This document shows positions 59,723 to 64,000 of a stretch of DNA of 64,000 nt, piece by piece. The number at the start of each line of letters is the position of its first letter. Within the stretch, counting starts at the first letter, position 1. The notes below the pieces were generated by a model that was given only the letters and a program-made list of their open reading frames with translations, searched no databases and had not been told where the DNA came from. The position numbers were made by a program, and so were the translations under genes. The DNA comes from Phyllobates terribilis (Eukaryota), in NCBI RefSeq assembly GCF_046119375.1, contig NW_027362771.1:529604001-529668000 (forward strand), read 5' to 3'.

Positions 59723-60643
59723 TTGCCGCGCCGTCACTACTGCCGGCTAGGCCTCAAGCGGCAGGAGCGCGGTGAAGAAGGAGGCGTCACCAGCCGGGTC
59801 GCAAGGCCTAGTGAACCCGGGCGCCGTTACCCCACCAGCGCCCCCCTCCTGGACCGGGCCGCCACCGGAAGACCCCCGGCCTGGTCGCAAGGCCGAGTGC
59901 CCCCGGGCGCTGCTCCCAAACCGGGGCCCTCCGCTATACCACCGCTGGGCGCAGACCTGTTTGCCCAGCACACCGGTCCGGATGGACTGCCGTTGGTGTG
60001 GCCGGCCGAGCTGGTCAGCGGTCGACCATGGAAGACCCAGCCCCCGCGCGAGCCCCTGATACCTGCTCCGGAGCCCGTAGAAGTCACCTTGCCCCCACTA
60101 GAGGACGCCCAATTTGAGTGGGACCCCACTGGCGAAAACCTAATGGGGTTCACTCAGGAGACCCGGGCAGATGCAGCCCGCCGTCTGGAGTCCTGTCGTC
60201 AGCAGCTGGTGACCTTTGAGCGGGAACGGCGACAGAGGCGCGTTAGGGAGGAGCGGCTTCAGGCCCAGAGTGCCGAGCAGAAACGCAAGGCCCGTCAAGA
60301 CCCCCGAGCCGCCCGCGGTCCCCGAGCCACCGGGACCGTGATAAAGTTCCAGATGGAGAATGGCTGGGGCTTTATAAGGGACCCGGAAACCGCCGGTGAC
60401 GTCTTTGTGACTCGCAGGGACGTCGAAAGCCATCTGCCAGAGGGACACCGTGGACGTGACCTATACCCTGGTGATGTGGTCACCTATACCCGGCACAAGG
60501 GCGCCAAAGGACCATACACCCTCCATGTCCACCGGCTTACTGAGGAGGAACTGCAGCACTACGGCTACGAGGAGAGCCAAGAGGACCTGGACGGGTCTGA
60601 AGACTATCCTGAGGAAGGTGCGCAAGGAGGACACCGCTACTGA
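59723..60643 (+). CDS. Cold-shock-domain protein: Pro-rich region, Arg/Glu helix, CSD (60326-60538), acidic tail
   Basis: TGTVIKF...NGWGFI (RNP1-like), DVFVT (RNP2-like), LYPGDVVTY...KGPYTLHV; the true start is uncertain (TTG call). Confidence 0.85.
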   Translation: MPRRHYCRLGLKRQERGEEGGVTSRVARPSEPGRRYPTSAPLLDRAATGRPPAWSQGRVPPGAAPKPGPSAIPPLGADLFAQHTGPDGLPLVWPAELVSGRPWKTQPPREPLIPAPEPVEVTLPPLEDAQFEWDPTGENLMGFTQETRADAARRLESCRQQLVTFERERRQRRVREERLQAQSAEQKRKARQDPRAARGPRATGTVIKFQMENGWGFIRDPETAGDVFVTRRDVESHLPEGHRGRDLYPGDVVTYTRHKGAKGPYTLHVHRLTEEELQHYGYEESQEDLDGSEDYPEEGAQGGHRY

Positions 60644-63078
60644 AAAGTGGCAGTGCGCAAGTGTAAATAGTTAGCCGTCAGGGTAAAGGAACTGTTATGA
60701 GACTGTTACCTGTGTGAAAGTTTCCCCTTATCCCTTATCTGGCTGGGGACTGAGAACAGCCATCCCCCTTCCCCTACCTGGCTGAGGACTGAGAGCAGCC
60801 ATTCCCCCTTTCCAACCGGCCGAGGACTGGGAACGGCCAATTCCCTGTAAATAGTTGCGCTTCCTAAAGCACCCACTACTGGTTTTATAACAAGACTGTA
60901 ACGTCTACCTCGGGACAGAGAGTCCCTCACGTTTAAAAGTTTACTGAAGTTTTGCACTTAAAAGAAGATTGAACACCTGGTCACAAGTTGCCCGGAGGCC
61001 AGAGTTCAAGAATGTGTTTTGAAAATGTTTTTCTTGCAAATGTTTTATGTAGAAAAAGTTTTATAGGCTGCTAAATAATAATGTGAAAGTTTTCTATAAT
61101 GTTTATATGACAAAAGAGTTCCGGAGGCATTAGCAAAGTGTTTTATAATAGTGTAACAAGTGAGGAAAGTGTTTCCCATAAAGGGAATTGAACTGTCGTC
61201 CATTTTCTAATGTGAAAAGTTTGAAAAAGTTTTGCATGTCCTGTACTTAATTGTCTTTGCTCTTTTCCAGCCCGAGGACGTGCTGTGGTTTACCAGGGGG
61301 GAATGTAGCGCCCCGAGGGTTCAGCCGCTACAGGGGTATTGCACCTCTGCCAGAGGTGTGATATTCCACTCCCGGGTAAGGATGGAGAATGGACCAGGGC
61401 TCAGGTAGCTGCATGCAGCACACACACCCCATTTCCGGGGGACAGCTCAACGGTGCTCCCATTAGACAGTAATGCAGGCACGACAGACCATGTCCCTGGC
61501 TGGAGTGGGGAGGGGGGAAGAACACGCAGTGATGTAGGAGCAGGAGGGGACGGTTCCTGAGCGTAGGTAGGAGCTCATTGGTTGCTGGTCACCTGGGCTC
61601 ATGTTCTAGAGGGAAGTATAAAAGGTGGGCACCATCTTAGATCAGGGGTCAGTTCACTCAGAGAGAAATACAGTGGAGAGGTGAGAGGGAGCAGAGGCTT
61701 TGCAGGAGCTCTGCTCAGAGGCAGGCCTAGAGAAAAGGCCGGGGCCTGAGAGGAGAAGGAACAGAGGAGAAGAGAAGGAACAAGAAAGGGAAAGAAGTGG
61801 CCAAGAAACAGAAGGGCTCAGGAACAAGAAGGTGGAAGGGACCCTAAGGACCAACGTGAATCGGGTGACGGGTCAGGCAAGAAGAGGGTACCGGATCCCG
61901 ATTTGGTGGAAGCTAATAATCTTCAGCCAAGAACCGGAGGTCGCGACCATCACTTGGTGCGACCCCTTGCTAAACCTTGCTAGGAAGGCATACCATATAG
62001 GGTAGCGGGAAACGGGGCCCACGTTTGCCCGCATAGACCCGCGGGAGCTGGACAAAAGCTTGGTCACTGGCGGGGCATGAGCCGAAGGAAGGATAGGAAG
62101 GAGCTCTGAACCATACTCCTGAAGTGCCTGGGGGTTGACCGAGTCCCTCACCTGGTGGACACCGCACAGCTTGGGTGGTCACTGCTGGCGCTGAAGTGAC
62201 TCGGAGCATATGAACCGTGAGTAAAAGACATTGGACTACAGTACGTTGTCTGTGTACTCCTTGCTCCTCCAGCACTAACGGCACTGGGACTCTCTACACC
62301 ATCACCCCCCCACCATCCTCTACACTGCCCAGGGGCTGCACTCTTCCCGTGGGGAGTAACACTACCTCAGCTGCAAACACCATCAGCCTCAGCGGTCTGC
62401 ACTGCAGCGGCGGTTCGCCCTGACTGCAATCCACGGGTGGCGTAGTCGGACATTACCTACAGCACATCATAGACTACCACTGGTCTGACCACCCTGAGCC
62501 ACGGGACCGGGTCGCCACTACTACTCCCAGCATTGCCCTGAAGACCGGTCCCGAGTGCCCCACGGCCCAGGGGGCGAGTCAGCTTAGCTGCGCATCTCTG
62601 AGGCCGAACTGGTCCCTAAGTACTAGGTCCGGGGGCCCCACTCCCACATCTTCTAGGTTCGTTTTCCTAGTGATGTAAGTGTACACACTCTGTAGGGCGT
62701 TGACATTTTGGGTCACAGTCTCCCCCTCCCTTTGTACCTGTTGGAACAGTCGCATCATTAACTTTAGTAGGGTCCCCATGCATTTCTTCTAGGATCCGTA
62801 CCACCTTTTCCACCGTATTTCGGTCAGTGGGGGAACGAAACATTACTGACTGTCGAGCTTCTCCTTCTAAAGCCAGCAAAGCTATCTCTTCTTGCATATC
62901 GGGGGTCATTGGGTGCATCCGTAACATGCTCTTAACCCTTTCTACCCAATCCCACAGCATCATGTTGTCTCCGGTAAACTTTGGGAGATTATTCAACATG
63001 GCGCCCAGGGGTAGGCTAGCTGTAGGGGCTCTCGCGTTGGCCTGGTCGGCCATGCCTGCAACTGCGTCTGGGGACGAC

Positions 63079-63096
63079 ATCCTGCCGACTACGCCA
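63079..63096 (-). promoter_or_regulatory. tRNA-Ser primer binding site
   Basis: TGGCGTAGTCGGCAGGAT on the minus strand, 2 nt after the LTR end. Confidence 0.9.
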
Positions 63097-64000
63097 AATG
63101 TTAAAAGGCTTGGATTCCGCACACAGCACGCAGAGAGTATGGCAGAGGTTTAATTCAAGATTTGGTTTCTCCACACAGGGAGTGTAAATTTAAGTAACAC
63201 AACCATTAAACCATAAAATCGGACAATAAACAATTGTGGTTTAACTATAACACGGAAAGGATGAACAATACAACAGTACCAAAAGTTCAGGCTGAATAAG
63301 AGAAGGTAGATTACTGGAGGCTTGCACTTATCTGTTCTTTAGCGATAACTACGTCCGTCTTCAGACACTCACTCCGGAGGGTGTCCGTCTTCTGGTGGCA
63401 GTGGGCGGTCTCAGGTCTCACCCACTGGGCCCCCAGTCCTTTGACCACACGACAGCAGTCACGACTCCTTTAAGAGCCGTAGCAAGCTCCTCCGGCGTAC
63501 AACAAACTGCGTTAGGATCACTAATCCCGGGTGCGTCCTCACCCGTAGGTCACCGTCAGATGTCTGGAAAACTGTGGTGATGCAGGTAACTGAACGATCA
63601 CTTTCTGTAGGCCCGGTACAGACCGCACGTCCTTTGTTTTTGCGGCAAGCTGTGCCACCCATTCGCCCGTCACCGCAGACAGGTCAGCACGTCTCTATTT
63701 CACCGAGGACAGGGCAGCACGTCTCTCTCTCTCGTTGTCGGCAGGTCCGACTGTTACTCTCCAACTGCCGGTCTGCTCTCCACAACCAACTGTCTCTTTC
63801 GCGTGAGCCCAGACACCTGACTTCCTCTCTTCCGTCCCTCAGCACTGTCCAGGAAGTCCCCCGTGCACTGTTAATCCCATCCCCTGGCACACTGGGCAGG
63901 ACCCTGGCAGTTCCGGCGCCGGAGCTCCGCACCTGGCCCTAGGCAAGTCTTCCTTCTTACATGTATGTGGGAGCTGGGGGGGCATCATACTCTGTGTAGG

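Larger units (their letters stand above)
57658..62585 (+). mobile_element. Non-autonomous LTR element encoding a cold-shock-domain protein
   Basis: Two 1278-bp direct LTRs (57658-58935, 61304-62581); 18-nt tRNA-Ser PBS; PPT 61295-61303; no gag/pol motifs in the 2.37-kb interior. Confidence 0.9.
57440..63053 (-). pseudogene. gag: Gypsy gag split by the CSD element (63053-62586 and 57657-57440)
   Basis: LPKFTGDNMMLWDWVERV...LRDQFGLRDAQL joins RHALRERL in frame across the insertion. Confidence 0.8.
53947..63961 (-). mobile_element. Internally deleted Gypsy element (gag + integrase only), hosting a hAT MITE and the CSD element
   Basis: 5' LTR 63099-63961; 3' LTR 53947-54443 plus 55770-56146; PBS 63096-63079; PPT 56147-56160; TSD TGCA/TGTA. 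Confidence 0.9.

Noticed and set aside
59723-60643. Host YBX or LIN28 gene or processed pseudogene
   Set aside because: Lies between LTR, PBS and PPT; divergent CSD; no CCHC knuckles or Y-box tail; no poly(A) remnant
57658-62585. DIRS or Ngaro tyrosine-recombinase element, because it lacks a TSD
   Set aside because: Direct TG...CA LTRs, tRNA PBS, PPT, no recombinase motifs, and sibling LTRs have 4-bp TSDs

Overview
Vertebrate genomic DNA, probably from a frog (inferred from the repeat families), made almost entirely of nested transposable elements; no host gene or RNA gene is supported. Contents: a 5'-truncated CR1 LINE with intact ORF2 (5778-9611); one L2 LINE split over ~32 kb by later insertions; four Ty3/Gypsy elements with pol or integrase remnants; a 16.5-kb hAT transposon with TIRs and an 8-bp TSD; Harbinger and hAT MITEs; a SINE fragment; minisatellites. 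Main finds: (1) an LTR element with a tRNA-Ser PBS and PPT but no gag/pol, encoding a cold-shock-domain (CSD) protein (57658-62585). A second, divergent CSD remnant (47099-47257) and eight related LTRs are also present. These LTRs carry an internal PBS-like motif that alternates between two tRNA-Ser types, and the full element has three covarying hairpins after the CSD ORF. (2) A very young capsid-only chromovirus derivative whose pol is replaced by in-frame acidic 57-aa repeats (35891-40549). (3) Tf1-type self-priming geometry, conserved with covarying sequence in three chromovirus LTRs. All alignments were read by eye.
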